Positions 39,851-50,401 of a stretch of DNA of 64,000 nucleotides are shown piece by piece. Position 1 is the stretch's first letter. Every line of letters begins with the position of its first letter. The DNA comes from a virus, in the IMG/VR virus record IMGVR_UViG_3300048694_001042, positions 1-64,000 of that record, one strand, 5' to 3'. The position numbers were made by a program, and so were the translations under genes. The notes under the pieces are model-generated. The model made no database searches and was not told the origin of the DNA. It saw only the letters and a list, made by a program, of their open reading frames with translations.

Positions 39851-40123
39851 ATGAATATCAAAGACGTCAATTCTGCGATTATTTCTGGCATTTACACCAA
39901 CGACGATCTCAACAGCATTGCTGAAGCACTAAAATATGCTCGCGCTCAACTTGGAAAATTAAACCGTCGTGGCATGTTGCCCGGCGACACTGTGCGGTTT
40001 ACCAGCAACCGCAACGGTATCACCTACACTGGTACAGTGACCAAAGTCAAAATTAAAAACGTTCTTGTTCGCACCAACGCTGGCATGTTCAACGTTCCTG
40101 CTAACATGTTGGAGGCAGTTTGA
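39851..40123 (+). CDS. Hypothetical early protein (SH3/KOW-like C-terminus)
   Basis: AGGAG RBS; PGDTV.F...YTGTVTKV. Confidence 0.7.
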   Translation: MNIKDVNSAIISGIYTNDDLNSIAEALKYARAQLGKLNRRGMLPGDTVRFTSNRNGITYTGTVTKVKIKNVLVRTNAGMFNVPANMLEAV

Positions 40124-40238
40124 TGTTTTGGGTGATTGATAAAAAAGGCGCCAAGTTTGTGTTCAAACGCATCGACGATCTGTTTGACTTCATTGCAGTT
40201 TGCGGTGCAAACAACATTGTTGAAGGGTGGGCAGGGAT

Positions 40239-40397
40239 ATGAACTTCCGGCAGTGGTGCCGCGAAAAGTGGTTTGAGCACAAAGACGAACTAGAAGCGTA
40301 CGGCCAGAAATTGCCATATACTTCGCAAGAATACTTTGCCCGATACAAATTCTGGCTCAAGCGCGAATATCGTCATCAACACAATGCAAATCGATAA
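40239..40397 (+). CDS. Small hypothetical protein (MNFRQWCREKWFEHKDE...)
   Basis: Read by hand; coupled to a preceding 39-aa ORF at 40123-40242. Confidence 0.5.
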   Translation: MNFRQWCREKWFEHKDELEAYGQKLPYTSQEYFARYKFWLKREYRHQHNANR

Positions 40398-40413
40398 AAG
40401 GTGGTATGTAACT

Positions 40414-40854
40414 ATGGGACTGGATCAATACGCATACGTGGCCGCAAAGGCCGGGCAACGAGAAGAATTTTACGAAACGTCAGAGTACAACGAAGAAACC
40501 AAGGAGTGGGTTAGCAAAACTGCCAAGCCCCGTGAAATTGCCTACTGGCGCAAGCATCCTAACCTGCAGGGATGGATGGAACGGTTGTGGGAACACAAAC
40601 TGGCCGCCCAAGGCCAAATTCCCGAAGCAGGACAATTTGGTAGCACATTCAATGGAGTTGAGCTAGAGCTTACATGGGAAGACCTTGACGCCTTGGAACG
40701 GGCTGTGACACACAACCAACTGCCCGAGACCACAGGTTTCTTCTTTGGCAATCCTTCTGATGAGCATTATCGCGAACAGGATCTTGCGTTTATCCGCGAG
40801 GCCCGAGCAGAGTTGTTCTTGGGACTCAAAGTATTTTACAATTCCAGTTGGTAA
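40414..40854 (+). CDS. Hypothetical phage protein
   Basis: MGLDQY, YWRKHP.LQGWM, GFFFG and Y.SSW motifs. Confidence 0.75.
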   Translation: MGLDQYAYVAAKAGQREEFYETSEYNEETKEWVSKTAKPREIAYWRKHPNLQGWMERLWEHKLAAQGQIPEAGQFGSTFNGVELELTWEDLDALERAVTHNQLPETTGFFFGNPSDEHYREQDLAFIREARAELFLGLKVFYNSSW

Positions 40855-41044
40855 TGCTCAAGCAAGACATCCTCGACTCAAAAGGCAACGTGTACGCCAC
40901 AGTTAAGTTTGATGGCACCATGTTGTCATTCTGCAACTTACAGCCATACAATCTGACCTTTGTCATGGATGCCCGAGTGGTCGAGCAACTGCTACCAATT
41001 TTACAAAGCATCAAGTTAATTCAGTGGACCGGAGCCGTAAATAA

Positions 41045-42421
41045 ATGATAGATTACACAGAAGATAGGTTTATTGGAACTATGGCATCAGGTTGGATCCG
41101 CGACTTGGAAAGTTCTGACAGTCGTTTGCATAAAGAGGCAGTGATTGAAAAAGCTCTCATGGCTGCAAAGCTAGGATCAGCAGAAGCGCAGGCGTTCTTG
41201 TTCAACTGTTACCAAGCCTACAATCCGTACTATACATTCCATGTCAAACAAGTACCAGAAGTTAGCGACCACCGAGACCGTCCCAATGCATGGCCTAAGT
41301 TTTGGGCACTGCTAGAAGCACTTCGTACTCGTTCAACTACAGGTAACTCAGCTCGTGAAGCCATTGTGGAATGTGCTGAACTGTTCGATGATGCTGAGTG
41401 GAATACAGTTTGTCGGCGTGTTATTATCAAGGACCTGCGTTGCGGCATCTCAGAAAAGACCTTAAACAAAATTCTTAAAAACACCGATTGGGAGATTCCG
41501 GTATTCAGTTGCCAGCTGGCACAAGATTCAACTGATCAACCCCGGAAGCTCACAGGCTTCAAACGCCTTGAGCCCAAGCTGGATGGGGTGCGTGTGTTAG
41601 CTGTGGTGCAAGGCATGAACGTGAGCTTGTTCAGCCGCAATGGCAAAGAGTTTGCCAACTTCCCCCAGATTGCCAAGGATATTAACATCTACCGCAGAGC
41701 ATTCCAAAACAATCTTGGCTCAGGTGGTCGTTTTGTGCTGGACGGCGAAGTAACTGGCGAGAGTTTCCAAAAGCTCATGAAGCAAGCACATCGAAAAAGT
41801 GATGCCCAAACCGATGGTATGGTGTACAACATCTTTGACGTTGTTCCTTTGGACGACTTCCAGCGCGGTTATTGGAACGCTCAACAATACAAGCGTTTTG
41901 AAATTCTAGATCGCGCCCGCGGCGCACTAGAAGATGCCACAGGCGGTCACAGCCTGAGAGTTGTAAGCGGACTGGAAGTAGATCTAGGCACAGCTGAGGG
42001 CCACGATATTATGAATCGCTATGCCCAAGATTGTGTGGCAGAAGGCTACGAAGGCATCATGATCAAAAGCATGGATGCTCCGTATGTGTGCAAACGAGCA
42101 GACTACTGGATGAAATGGAAGCCTACTATTTCAGTAGATTTGACCATTGTGGGTTTTGAAGAAGGTACCGGTCGTAACGAAAACCGACTTGGTGCTATAA
42201 TTTGTGAAGGAGTTGACAATGATCGTAACATACGAGTTAATGTTGGTAGCGGTTTTAGTGATAGCGATCGTGATGAGTATTGGTCCGGAAGGGATAGCCT
42301 GCTTGGGCACTTGGTTGAAGTCCAAGCTGACGCAGTTACGCAAAACCAAGACGGATCATACAGTTTGAGGTTCCCCCGATTCCTACGTTTCCGTGATTTT
42401 GAAGCAGGCGAAAAGTTGTGA
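41045..42421 (+). CDS. ATP-dependent DNA ligase
   Basis: EPKLDGVR, LDGE, EGIMIK, KWKP, VGSGF and SLRFPRF. Confidence 0.93.
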   Translation: MIDYTEDRFIGTMASGWIRDLESSDSRLHKEAVIEKALMAAKLGSAEAQAFLFNCYQAYNPYYTFHVKQVPEVSDHRDRPNAWPKFWALLEALRTRSTTGNSAREAIVECAELFDDAEWNTVCRRVIIKDLRCGISEKTLNKILKNTDWEIPVFSCQLAQDSTDQPRKLTGFKRLEPKLDGVRVLAVVQGMNVSLFSRNGKEFANFPQIAKDINIYRRAFQNNLGSGGRFVLDGEVTGESFQKLMKQAHRKSDAQTDGMVYNIFDVVPLDDFQRGYWNAQQYKRFEILDRARGALEDATGGHSLRVVSGLEVDLGTAEGHDIMNRYAQDCVAEGYEGIMIKSMDAPYVCKRADYWMKWKPTISVDLTIVGFEEGTGRNENRLGAIICEGVDNDRNIRVNVGSGFSDSDRDEYWSGRDSLLGHLVEVQADAVTQNQDGSYSLRFPRFLRFRDFEAGEKL

Positions 42422-42645
42422 GACGCTGGGACGAGGATTCAGATCTGTGGCTGTTTACCATGTCAGAGTTTCAACAGCTTCCTGATGGTATTGTGCTAGA
42501 AAGCATCGATGGCAAAAAAGCAGTAAAAGGTCTGGATCGCATCGGCCACGATCAACGTGCTAGGTATATTGCTTGGGGAATACGAGATCCTTTCAATCAT
42601 GAACTAGGGCCATTGTTTACAAAGTTTGTGTTAGAAACAAAATGA
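42418..42645 (+). CDS. Hypothetical protein
   Basis: Coupled ORF. Confidence 0.55.
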   Translation: MRRWDEDSDLWLFTMSEFQQLPDGIVLESIDGKKAVKGLDRIGHDQRARYIAWGIRDPFNHELGPLFTKFVLETK

Positions 42646-43106
42646 AGAAAGTCTACTATGAAAAGATCGGGCGCAAATATGTGCCTGTTAGCGAGTACGA
42701 TGGCGATTATCATCTGAGTTTTCCTAAAGGTAATCACCTTGTTATGTGTTATCCTGGTGGCTCCTCACGTAGGTTCAACGTCGAACCTGCCCTGGCTCCA
42801 ATGATTGCTGCCGGCCGCTTTGCTGAAGACAAAATGTGTGAAGCTGTTTATGAGGCAGCTTCCATGCATCGCCAAGAGCACCAAGGCACAGAGCTAACCC
42901 CCGAGCAACTTTGCGCCTGGCGCAATTTTGAAAAAGTCATGGGCGAGCGTGGCAAGTATGTGCAATTCAAAAGCACACACGACATTGTAGGAGCTGGACT
43001 TCGGGTGTTGGAAAAAGAAGCCGCTGAACTCATGACACACCCAGCAGTTCGTGACGCCTACGAACAGTTCCAAGCAGTTTGCAAATTGGTTAAACAAACC
43101 AGTTGA
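42642..43106 (+). CDS. Hypothetical protein
   Basis: Coupled ORF. Confidence 0.65.
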   Translation: MKKVYYEKIGRKYVPVSEYDGDYHLSFPKGNHLVMCYPGGSSRRFNVEPALAPMIAAGRFAEDKMCEAVYEAASMHRQEHQGTELTPEQLCAWRNFEKVMGERGKYVQFKSTHDIVGAGLRVLEKEAAELMTHPAVRDAYEQFQAVCKLVKQTS

Positions 43107-43130
43107 CATCTACGCAATCTGTTGTATAAT
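43103..43130 (+). promoter_or_regulatory. Consensus sigma70 promoter
   Basis: TTGACA-16-TATAAT. Confidence 0.75.
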
Positions 43131-43134
43131 CGCT

Positions 43135-43292
43135 AGGCATGGTCCAGGAGGTTGTGCTGCTCAATGGAGAAAGCGGAAACGATTGGTAACCTAGGTCCGC
43201 TAGAACCCGTGGCAAGTGAGCGTAAGTCACAGAGGTGAGACACTGTCTTGGAGAAATCCAAAACCCAGGCTGGTACCCTGGGGAGTATGCCT
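43135..43292 (+). ncRNA. Candidate structured RNA of unknown family (~160 nt)
   Basis: Terminal pairing AGGCAT/ATGCCT and CCAGG/CCTGG; internal hairpins with GNRA loops; starts at the predicted TSS; no convincing ORF. Confidence 0.6.
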
Positions 43293-43322
43293 TAAAGAAC
43301 TAAACAGTGAAAGGAATGAAAC

Positions 43323-43631
43323 ATGTCTGTTGAAATTGCGGTTTCTGCGTTGAGTATGCCGCAGTCCCTCGACTCTCTTAAATTGGAAACGCCCTTGACC
43401 ATGCACCGTGTTGTTTTCGAAATCTCGTCAGTTGAAACATGGTACAAGATAATGGCCGAAGCAAGAGTGCAATTCGGCAAGAACTGGCGTGCTCAACCCA
43501 GAGTCAAGCGCAGACTCACCAGCTGGAGGAACACCACTCTAAAGGTTTGGTTTGAAGTGCCAGACTCGACTTTTGCAACCTGGTGTGCAGTTAAATTGGG
43601 TGTTCAAGCTGTGGGAGTAGTCAATAAATAA
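43323..43631 (+). CDS. Hypothetical protein
   Basis: AAGGA RBS; clean ORF. Confidence 0.6.
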   Translation: MSVEIAVSALSMPQSLDSLKLETPLTMHRVVFEISSVETWYKIMAEARVQFGKNWRAQPRVKRRLTSWRNTTLKVWFEVPDSTFATWCAVKLGVQAVGVVNK

Positions 43632-43635
43632 ATCT

Positions 43636-45072
43636 ATGTTTCTCTCATGGTTAATGATGGGCGTGGCACTGAGTCTCAGTGTTATCGCCGCTTTTTATAG
43701 TATAGCAGGTTTGGCTGCTATTTTTGCCGCGGCGGTGGTTCCTATTGTGGTAATGGGAACAATATTAGAAGTCGCCAAGCTCACTGTCACAGTTTGGTTA
43801 CACGAGTACTGGCCACGGTGCCGATTCCTTATGAAGGCATACCTGGTACCTGCGGTGGCATTGCTTGCTTTTATTACCAGTATGGGTATATTTGGATTTC
43901 TAAGCAAAGCACACAGTGACCAGGGCATGGTGTCAGGTGACGTGCAAGCCAAGATTGCCATTTACGATGAAAAAATTCAAACCGAACGGGAGAACATTGA
44001 TGCAAATCGCAAGGCGCTTAAACAACTTGATGAGGCAGTGGACCAAGTTATGGCACGCTCAACAGATGAAAAAGGGGCCGATAAGGCCGTGGCAATACGG
44101 CGAGCCCAGCAAAAAGATCGCGCTCGTTTACTTGAAGAAATTAGCAAGAGCCAATTGCGGATTACCGCACTCAACGAAGAACGAGCTCCAATTGCGGCGG
44201 AAGTACGAAAAGTGGAGGCCGAAGTGGGCCCTATCAAGTATATCGCCGCCTTGGTGTATGGGGATAACACCGATGCAAACATTTTAGAACGGGCAGTGCG
44301 TTGGGTCATAATTATTCTAGTAATTGTATTTGACCCATTGGCAATTATGATGCTGTTGGCTGCAACCGAAAGCTTCAAGTGGGAGAAAGAGCCGCCTGTG
44401 GCAGAAACTGTAGTTGATGATGACAAGATTCGAGAAACTGCCAAAGAGCAAGAGCCCGAAATACCAGCGGAGCCTGTGCCCGAAGTTGAAAAGTCTTGGC
44501 AAGAAAAGTATCCATATCTCACTAAACCTTTTGTGCATTTCAGTAATACCAAACCGGTAGTCTATTCGGGCAATCCTGCAGAGTTTCAACAACCTTGGCC
44601 GGAAGAGAAAAAACAAGAGTTGGTCAAGGTAATGAAGGATATTTTCCCGTCGGACGATTGGTTAGACGGCGAAGAGCATGGTTCAGATGAAGAAAAGCAA
44701 GCCATAAGAGAATGGAAAGCGGCTAATCCTGAACTCACAGTAAAAGCACAGCGAGAACTGCTGGCACGTGGTGAAATTACCGAACTACCTTGGGCAAGAA
44801 AACCCAATTCAACTTTTGGATTTGTGTTTCCTTGGAGCCCAGAAAAAGGCGACACATTTATCAAAACAGATGTGGTGCCCAATGCAATGTACAAGTTTAA
44901 CGGAACTCAATGGATGGCCGTTGACAAATCTGTGTTAGACAGTTATACTCATGATACTGCATACATTGATTATCTTATCTCCAAAATATCATCAGGTGAA
45001 TATGATCCTGAGCTATTGTCTGAAGACTTGCGTGATCAAGTAGCTGAACGTATCAAACAAACTGACGCATGA
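43636..45072 (+). CDS. Membrane protein with long coiled coil
   Basis: Three N-terminal TM helices, GIFGFLSKAH, EVGPIKYIA, VFDPLA. Confidence 0.75.
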   Translation: MFLSWLMMGVALSLSVIAAFYSIAGLAAIFAAAVVPIVVMGTILEVAKLTVTVWLHEYWPRCRFLMKAYLVPAVALLAFITSMGIFGFLSKAHSDQGMVSGDVQAKIAIYDEKIQTERENIDANRKALKQLDEAVDQVMARSTDEKGADKAVAIRRAQQKDRARLLEEISKSQLRITALNEERAPIAAEVRKVEAEVGPIKYIAALVYGDNTDANILERAVRWVIIILVIVFDPLAIMMLLAATESFKWEKEPPVAETVVDDDKIRETAKEQEPEIPAEPVPEVEKSWQEKYPYLTKPFVHFSNTKPVVYSGNPAEFQQPWPEEKKQELVKVMKDIFPSDDWLDGEEHGSDEEKQAIREWKAANPELTVKAQRELLARGEITELPWARKPNSTFGFVFPWSPEKGDTFIKTDVVPNAMYKFNGTQWMAVDKSVLDSYTHDTAYIDYLISKISSGEYDPELLSEDLRDQVAERIKQTDA

Positions 45073-46304
45073 AAACAACTGAAAATTTAGATAACTGTAG
45101 TTTTTGTGGAAAACACAAAGATCAAGTAGTTAAGCTCATTGTGGGCGCCGAAGTTGCAATTTGCAACGAGTGTGTGGACTTGTGCCAGACTTTGCTAGAA
45201 GATGCACCTGTTGCCAAAGCTGACAAAACGCCCGGTGCGCTTGATCCTAGAGAAATCAAACGTCACCTTGACGAGTATGTGATTGGGCAAGACCAAGCAA
45301 AAATTGTTCTCAGTGTAGCAGTTACCAACCACTACAAACGAATCAACAACAAAGAAAAACAAACCGAAGTCGAAAAAGCCAACATCCTCATGCTTGGTCC
45401 CACAGGATCAGGAAAAACACTGCTGGCCAGAAGCGTGGCCAGATATTTGGATGTGCCGTTTGTTATTGCAGACGCCACCAGTTTGACTGAAGCAGGATAT
45501 GTGGGTGATGATGTTGAGAGTTTGATCAGTCGGCTGTACGCAGCTTCTGGATTCGACGTTGAAAAAACACAGCGTGGTATTGTGTTTGTGGACGAAATTG
45601 ACAAAATCAGCAGAAAAAGCGAAAGCACAAGTATTACCCGAGACGTGTCGGGCGAAGGCGTGCAACAGGCCCTGCTCAAGTTGGTTGAAGGCACCAAGTG
45701 CAGAATTCAACCAACTGGTGGTCGTAAACATCCAGGCGGGGACATGATCGAAATAGATACCACTGACATTCTGTTCATAGCAGGTGGTGCTTTTGTGGGC
45801 CTGGATAACATTGTTAAAAACCGTATCAAAGGCACCAGCATTGGATTCCAAGCTGAAGTCAACCAAGATACTCCTGGCAAATTAGACATGGTCACGCCCG
45901 ACGATTTGGTACGCTTTGGGTTGATTCCTGAGTTTGTGGGCAGATTCCCCAGTTGGGTAGCATTGCAAGAGTTAACGTTGGAAGATCTCATTTCCATTCT
46001 AACTGAAGTTAAAAACTGCTATGTTGATCAGTATCAATGGTTATTTGACCAAGATCAAGTTGCACTGACATTCGAAACTGACGCACTCAAACGCATAGCT
46101 GAAAATACCATCAAAAACAAAACTGGCGCCCGTGGGCTGCACAGTGAACTGGAGCGTGTGTTATTGCCGCACATGTTTAACTTGCCACGCTATCGAGACA
46201 GCGAAATCAACAGCCTTACAATCACTCAAGACCTGGTAAATAATCCTGTAGAACTAAAGGGATTACATGAACAAGTTGCGAGGAAGGTCAGTACTGGTCA
46301 CTGA
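45069..46304 (+). CDS. clpX: ClpX ATPase
   Basis: CSFCGK Zn finger, [30 protein letters not shown] loop, GARGL. Confidence 0.95.
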   Translation: MKTTENLDNCSFCGKHKDQVVKLIVGAEVAICNECVDLCQTLLEDAPVAKADKTPGALDPREIKRHLDEYVIGQDQAKIVLSVAVTNHYKRINNKEKQTEVEKANILMLGPTGSGKTLLARSVARYLDVPFVIADATSLTEAGYVGDDVESLISRLYAASGFDVEKTQRGIVFVDEIDKISRKSESTSITRDVSGEGVQQALLKLVEGTKCRIQPTGGRKHPGGDMIEIDTTDILFIAGGAFVGLDNIVKNRIKGTSIGFQAEVNQDTPGKLDMVTPDDLVRFGLIPEFVGRFPSWVALQELTLEDLISILTEVKNCYVDQYQWLFDQDQVALTFETDALKRIAENTIKNKTGARGLHSELERVLLPHMFNLPRYRDSEINSLTITQDLVNNPVELKGLHEQVARKVSTGH

Positions 46305-46491
46305 CGACAACATAGAAAAAGCTCTGCGTAAGTTCAAAAAGAAAATCCAAAACTCGGACATTCTTAACGAGCTACGCAAAAGAGAGCATTACGTTAAACC
46401 TACCACCAAGCGCAAACTCAAACGTAGCGCGGCTAAAAATCGCTGGCGTAAAAAGCTGGACGATCAAGCATTGCCCAAGAAGCTATACTAA
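46267..46491 (+). CDS. rpsU: Ribosomal protein bS21
   Basis: IEKALRKFKKK...ELRKREHYVKPT.KRK. Confidence 0.9.
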   Translation: MNKLRGRSVLVTDDNIEKALRKFKKKIQNSDILNELRKREHYVKPTTKRKLKRSAAKNRWRKKLDDQALPKKLY

Positions 46492-46730
46492 TGTACGTGG
46501 AGTTCAAGCTACCCGAATCTATTGCTGGTGCGTCATTATTGTTGCTTCGTCGTAGCATACTTGATTGGTCCGAAAAATACCAAATTCCTTACACTGAAAA
46601 AACCATAAAATACACTTACCGCGTGTGTTTTGATAAAGACGAGTCTTATAGTTTTTTTGCAATGACCTATCCACAGACCCGGCACTTTCTCCAATATCGC
46701 ATTGTGTCTGACCTAAATAATAAAATATAA
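46491..46730 (+). CDS. Hypothetical protein
   Basis: Coupled ORF. Confidence 0.55.
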   Translation: MYVEFKLPESIAGASLLLLRRSILDWSEKYQIPYTEKTIKYTYRVCFDKDESYSFFAMTYPQTRHFLQYRIVSDLNNKI

Positions 46731-46757
46731 TTTGATTTCGTGTATAATAAATAACAA

Positions 46758-46812
46758 TGTAGCGCCGATGGTCGGGCTACAAAATTAATCTTGCTTTTCG
46801 AAGGAGAACACA
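46758..46812 (+). promoter_or_regulatory. ROSE-like RNA thermometer leader of dnaK
   Basis: Hairpin TGTAGC-G-CCGA-TGG-TCGG-GCTACA, then CTTGCTT-TTCG-AAGGAG pairing with the SD. Confidence 0.7.
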
Positions 46813-48699
46813 ATGAGCAAAGTAATCGGTATCGATCTGGGTACCACAAATTCATGCGTAGCCGTGGTTGAAAACGGCAATTCCCGAGTAATTGAAAACA
46901 GCGAAGGTGCTAGAACAACTCCTAGTGTTGTTGCTTACACCAGCGACGATGTGCTGGTCGGTGCAAGCGCCAAGCGTCAAGCAATTACCAATCCCAAAAA
47001 CACCATTTACGCAGCCAAGCGATTGATCGGACGCAAGTTCCGCGAAGATGCAGTGCAGAAGGACATCAACTTGATGCCGTATAGCATTGTGGAAAATGAC
47101 AATGGTGATGCTTGGGTTCAAGCTGGCGATCGCCGACTGGCACCTCCACAAATCTCTGCAGAAGTTCTGCGTAAAATGAAAAAGACAGCAGAAGACTATC
47201 TTGGCACAGAAGTCACACAAGCTGTTATCACTGTCCCTGCTTACTTCAACGACAGCCAACGTCAAGCTACCAAAGATGCTGGACGTATCGCTGGACTAGA
47301 AGTATTGCGTATTATCAACGAGCCAACTGCGGCTGCACTAGCATACGGCGTTGACAAAGCCGATAAAAAGGATCGCAAGATTGCTGTGTACGACTTGGGC
47401 GGCGGCACGTTTGACGTAAGCATCATTGAAATCGCCAACATTGACAATGAAAAGCAAATCGAAGTATTGAGCACCAACGGAGACACCTTCCTGGGCGGTG
47501 AAGACTTTGACCAGCGCATCATGGACTTCTTGGTCGACGAATTCAAGCGGGATACTGCTGTGGACTTGACCCGAGACGTACTGGCCTTGCAACGCTTGAA
47601 AGAAGCTGCTGAAAAAGCCAAGATTGAACTGTCAAGCAGCACTGCTACAGACGTCAACTTGCCTTATGTCACTGCTGATGCTAGTGGTCCCAAGCACATG
47701 AACATCAAGCTCACTCGTGCCAAACTAGAGAGTTTGGTGGACGAGTTGATCCAACGCAGTATTGAACCTTGCCGCATTGCAATGAAAGATGCCGGTGTCA
47801 CTGCTGATGAAATTGATGAAGTTATTCTTGTTGGTGGCCAAACTCGCATGCCCCGAGTACAAGAAGCTGTGGAAAAACTGTTTGGCAAAGCACCGCGCCG
47901 GGATGTTAACCCTGACGAAGCAGTGGCTGCAGGCGCTGCTATTCAAGGAAGTGTGTTGGCCGGTGACCGCAAAGACGTGTTGCTGTTGGATGTTACACCG
48001 TTGAGCTTGGGCATTGAAACCATGGGTGGTGTGTTTACTAAAATCATCCAAAAGAACACAACCATTCCTACCAAGGGCACACAAACATTCAGTACTGCTG
48101 AAGACAATCAGCCTGCTGTGACCATCAAGGTTGGACAAGGTGAGCGTGAGCTGTTCAAGTACAACAAAGAACTTGGTTTGTTTAATCTAGACGGTATTGC
48201 TCCTGCACCACGTGGCATGCCGCAAATTGAAGTTACCTTTGACATTGACGCCAATGGCATTATGCATATTTCGGCCAAAGACAAAGGCACCGGCAAAGAA
48301 AACAAAATCACTATCAAGAGTGACTCAGGCTTGAAAGAGGATGAAATTCAACGCATGGTTCGTGAAGCTGAAGACAATGCCGAAGCTGACAAGAAACAAG
48401 TTGAATTGATTCAAGCTCGCAACACCGCAGAAGGTACGTTGCATGGGTTCCGCAAGGACTTTGATGCCTACAAGGATCAGGTCACAGAAGAAGAACGCAA
48501 CCGAGCTGAACAAGCACTTCAAGATCTTGACACTGCTATTGGCGGTGATGACGTTGAGGAAATCAACGCAAAAACAACAGAATTGTACCAAGCTATCGGT
48601 CCTATCACCGGTAAAAAGTACGAAGCCGAGCAAAAGGCCAAAGCGGAATCCGAGAAAAAGGATGATGATGTGGTCGATGCCGAAGTCAAGGCTGCTTGA
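46813..48699 (+). CDS. dnaK: Hsp70 chaperone DnaK
   Basis: [34 protein letters not shown] and NPDEAVA. Confidence 0.97.
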   Translation: MSKVIGIDLGTTNSCVAVVENGNSRVIENSEGARTTPSVVAYTSDDVLVGASAKRQAITNPKNTIYAAKRLIGRKFREDAVQKDINLMPYSIVENDNGDAWVQAGDRRLAPPQISAEVLRKMKKTAEDYLGTEVTQAVITVPAYFNDSQRQATKDAGRIAGLEVLRIINEPTAAALAYGVDKADKKDRKIAVYDLGGGTFDVSIIEIANIDNEKQIEVLSTNGDTFLGGEDFDQRIMDFLVDEFKRDTAVDLTRDVLALQRLKEAAEKAKIELSSSTATDVNLPYVTADASGPKHMNIKLTRAKLESLVDELIQRSIEPCRIAMKDAGVTADEIDEVILVGGQTRMPRVQEAVEKLFGKAPRRDVNPDEAVAAGAAIQGSVLAGDRKDVLLLDVTPLSLGIETMGGVFTKIIQKNTTIPTKGTQTFSTAEDNQPAVTIKVGQGERELFKYNKELGLFNLDGIAPAPRGMPQIEVTFDIDANGIMHISAKDKGTGKENKITIKSDSGLKEDEIQRMVREAEDNAEADKKQVELIQARNTAEGTLHGFRKDFDAYKDQVTEEERNRAEQALQDLDTAIGGDDVEEINAKTTELYQAIGPITGKKYEAEQKAKAESEKKDDDVVDAEVKAA

Positions 48700-48714
48700 T
48701 TTCGATAAGTAAAA

Positions 48715-48776
48715 ATACAGGTGCCGATGGTCGGGCCCGTATAACAAAGTCAACTTGCTTTATAAGGAGAAATGAC
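48715..48776 (+). promoter_or_regulatory. ROSE-like RNA thermometer leader of hsp20
   Basis: Same GCCGATGGTCGGG hairpin core; CTTGCTT-TAT-AAGGAG. Confidence 0.7.
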
Positions 48777-49220
48777 ATGACTAAGACTTTAACACTACGC
48801 ACATTCGATATCCCACAAATGCACAAGTTTGGGATTGGATTCGACAACATGTTTGATGAACTCATGCGTGTTACATCACAACAACAAACCAATTATCCTC
48901 CACACAATGTGATCAAAACAGGTGAAAACACCTTGATCATTGAAGTGGCTGTGGCTGGCTTTGCCGAAGGCGAAATTGACATTCAGGTGGAGAAAAACTT
49001 GTTGACAATTCGTGGCGAGCAGGCACGTGAAACAGATGCCAGTTGGGAATTTTTGCATCGCGGAATTTCCAGCCGTGATTTTAGCCAAGCTTTTACTTTG
49101 GCCGATCACGTGGAAGTAAAAAGCGCCAGCATTACCAACGGCATTTTGAGTGTGTTTTTGGAACGCAAGATTCCAGAAGAAGCCAAGCCAAAGAGTATTG
49201 CTATTACCTACAATAAGTAA
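48777..49220 (+). CDS. ibpA: Small heat shock protein (IbpA/Hsp20)
   Basis: IGFD, NYPPHN, AVAGF, LHRGIS.R.F and NGIL motifs; ATG 48777 after AAGGAG. Confidence 0.9.
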   Translation: MTKTLTLRTFDIPQMHKFGIGFDNMFDELMRVTSQQQTNYPPHNVIKTGENTLIIEVAVAGFAEGEIDIQVEKNLLTIRGEQARETDASWEFLHRGISSRDFSQAFTLADHVEVKSASITNGILSVFLERKIPEEAKPKSIAITYNK

Positions 49221-49275
49221 TATAATGTAAATACAGCAGTGGGAATGGTCCCACTGCTACAACAAGGATAATAAA

Positions 49276-49590
49276 ATGGCACAGTCAGATACACGTACCA
49301 AAATCAAGCCTAACGAAGCTGTCAAAGAGCCACCGATGTTCAAGGTAGTTTATATCAATGACAATCAGACCAGCATGGAATTTGTGATTTCCAGCTTGGT
49401 TGATTATTTTGATTACCGCATTGAAACTGCTGAACAAATCACCATTGACATTCACGAAACCGGCTCTGCTGTGGTAGCTGTGTTGCCTTATGAAATTGCC
49501 GAGCAAAAAGGCATCGAAGTTACTCTCAATGCACGAGCACAAAGCTATCCGCTACAAATCAAACTTGAACCCGATGGCGTGGGTCAATAA
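49276..49590 (+). CDS. clpS: ClpS N-degron adaptor
   Basis: PPMFKVVYINDNQTSMEFV, IH.TG.AVV and YEIAEQK. Confidence 0.9.
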   Translation: MAQSDTRTKIKPNEAVKEPPMFKVVYINDNQTSMEFVISSLVDYFDYRIETAEQITIDIHETGSAVVAVLPYEIAEQKGIEVTLNARAQSYPLQIKLEPDGVGQ

Positions 49591-50378
49591 TCAATTGTAA
49601 TGCGCTTGGGGTGATACACCCAAGTTGACCACGGCGAACCACTGCGACCACGACAGTTATTCACATAACGAATATTGTCGTGCGTCTGGTCTACGCTGCC
49701 ATGGTAGTGACCAAAGCACCAGGTGTGTATTTTCTTTTCAGAATCTGCTGCCAATACATGTTGCATATAACGATTGCCCATGGTATTGAATTTCAACGAT
49801 CCCACTAGATTGACGTCGTGGTTGATCAGCACAGGGTTGGGCACAGTGTGAGTGGCAACCACAATCTTTTTAACGTCAATATGTGTTTGCAAGCGTTTGA
49901 TTGAACCGATCATGTAGCTGGCATCGTTTGTACTCATCTTACGTATGTTTTCTATTTCGTTTAGGCCATAGAATTCTTTTTCTGCGTACCATTGGGCAGA
50001 TTGATCGGGGTCTGTAACACCATCAAAGTCAAACCCCCACCAGCCGTTGGTTCCAATAATGGCCACACCGTCTACCACTACCACATTGTCTTGTAGATAA
50101 ACAACATTGTGTACCGCAGTAACACGATCCACCAAGTCACGATAGCTGTGTCCTAGATCTTGCATGTGGTTGGAGTGTTCGTCGTTGCCGTCGATATAAA
50201 ACACAGCTTGATAGCATTTGCCCAAGTGTGTGAGTGCTTCGATCAGCCGGTCTCGGTCCTTGGCAACGTCTCCTACTACCAAACAGTGGGCGCTGGTGCT
50301 GCGGTCAGTCCAGTCAAACGTTTCTTGCCAAGTATCTATGTGTAAATCAGAAATTAAATCAAAAGTAAATTGCATCAT
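49584..50378 (-). CDS. Calcineurin-like metallophosphoesterase
   Basis: SDLH, GD, GNDEH, THTVP and FGHYH. Confidence 0.85.
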   Translation of the reverse strand: MMQFTFDLISDLHIDTWQETFDWTDRSTSAHCLVVGDVAKDRDRLIEALTHLGKCYQAVFYIDGNDEHSNHMQDLGHSYRDLVDRVTAVHNVVYLQDNVVVVDGVAIIGTNGWWGFDFDGVTDPDQSAQWYAEKEFYGLNEIENIRKMSTNDASYMIGSIKRLQTHIDVKKIVVATHTVPNPVLINHDVNLVGSLKFNTMGNRYMQHVLAADSEKKIHTWCFGHYHGSVDQTHDNIRYVNNCRGRSGSPWSTWVYHPKRITIDY

Positions 50379-50401
50379 ACATATTTAGAAGGATTTTTAT
50401 C

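Noticed and set aside
42032-42047. GTGTGGCAGAAGGC resembling the GVAE junction inside DNA ligase
   Set aside because: It encodes CVAEGYEG at ligase motif IV, lacks the AAGG prefix and is not at a module boundary.
43135-43292. RNase P RNA, tRNA or tmRNA identity for the structured RNA
   Set aside because: Only loose resemblance (GGAGAAAG, AAAACCCAGGCT); no proper P4 pairing, cloverleaf, TTCGA loop or CCA end.
45069-49590. Bacterial chromosomal origin of the chaperone/protease block
   Set aside because: Gene order is not bacterial (no dnaJ, grpE, tig or lon), genes overlap phage-type ORFs, and TAAATA late-type boxes are present.
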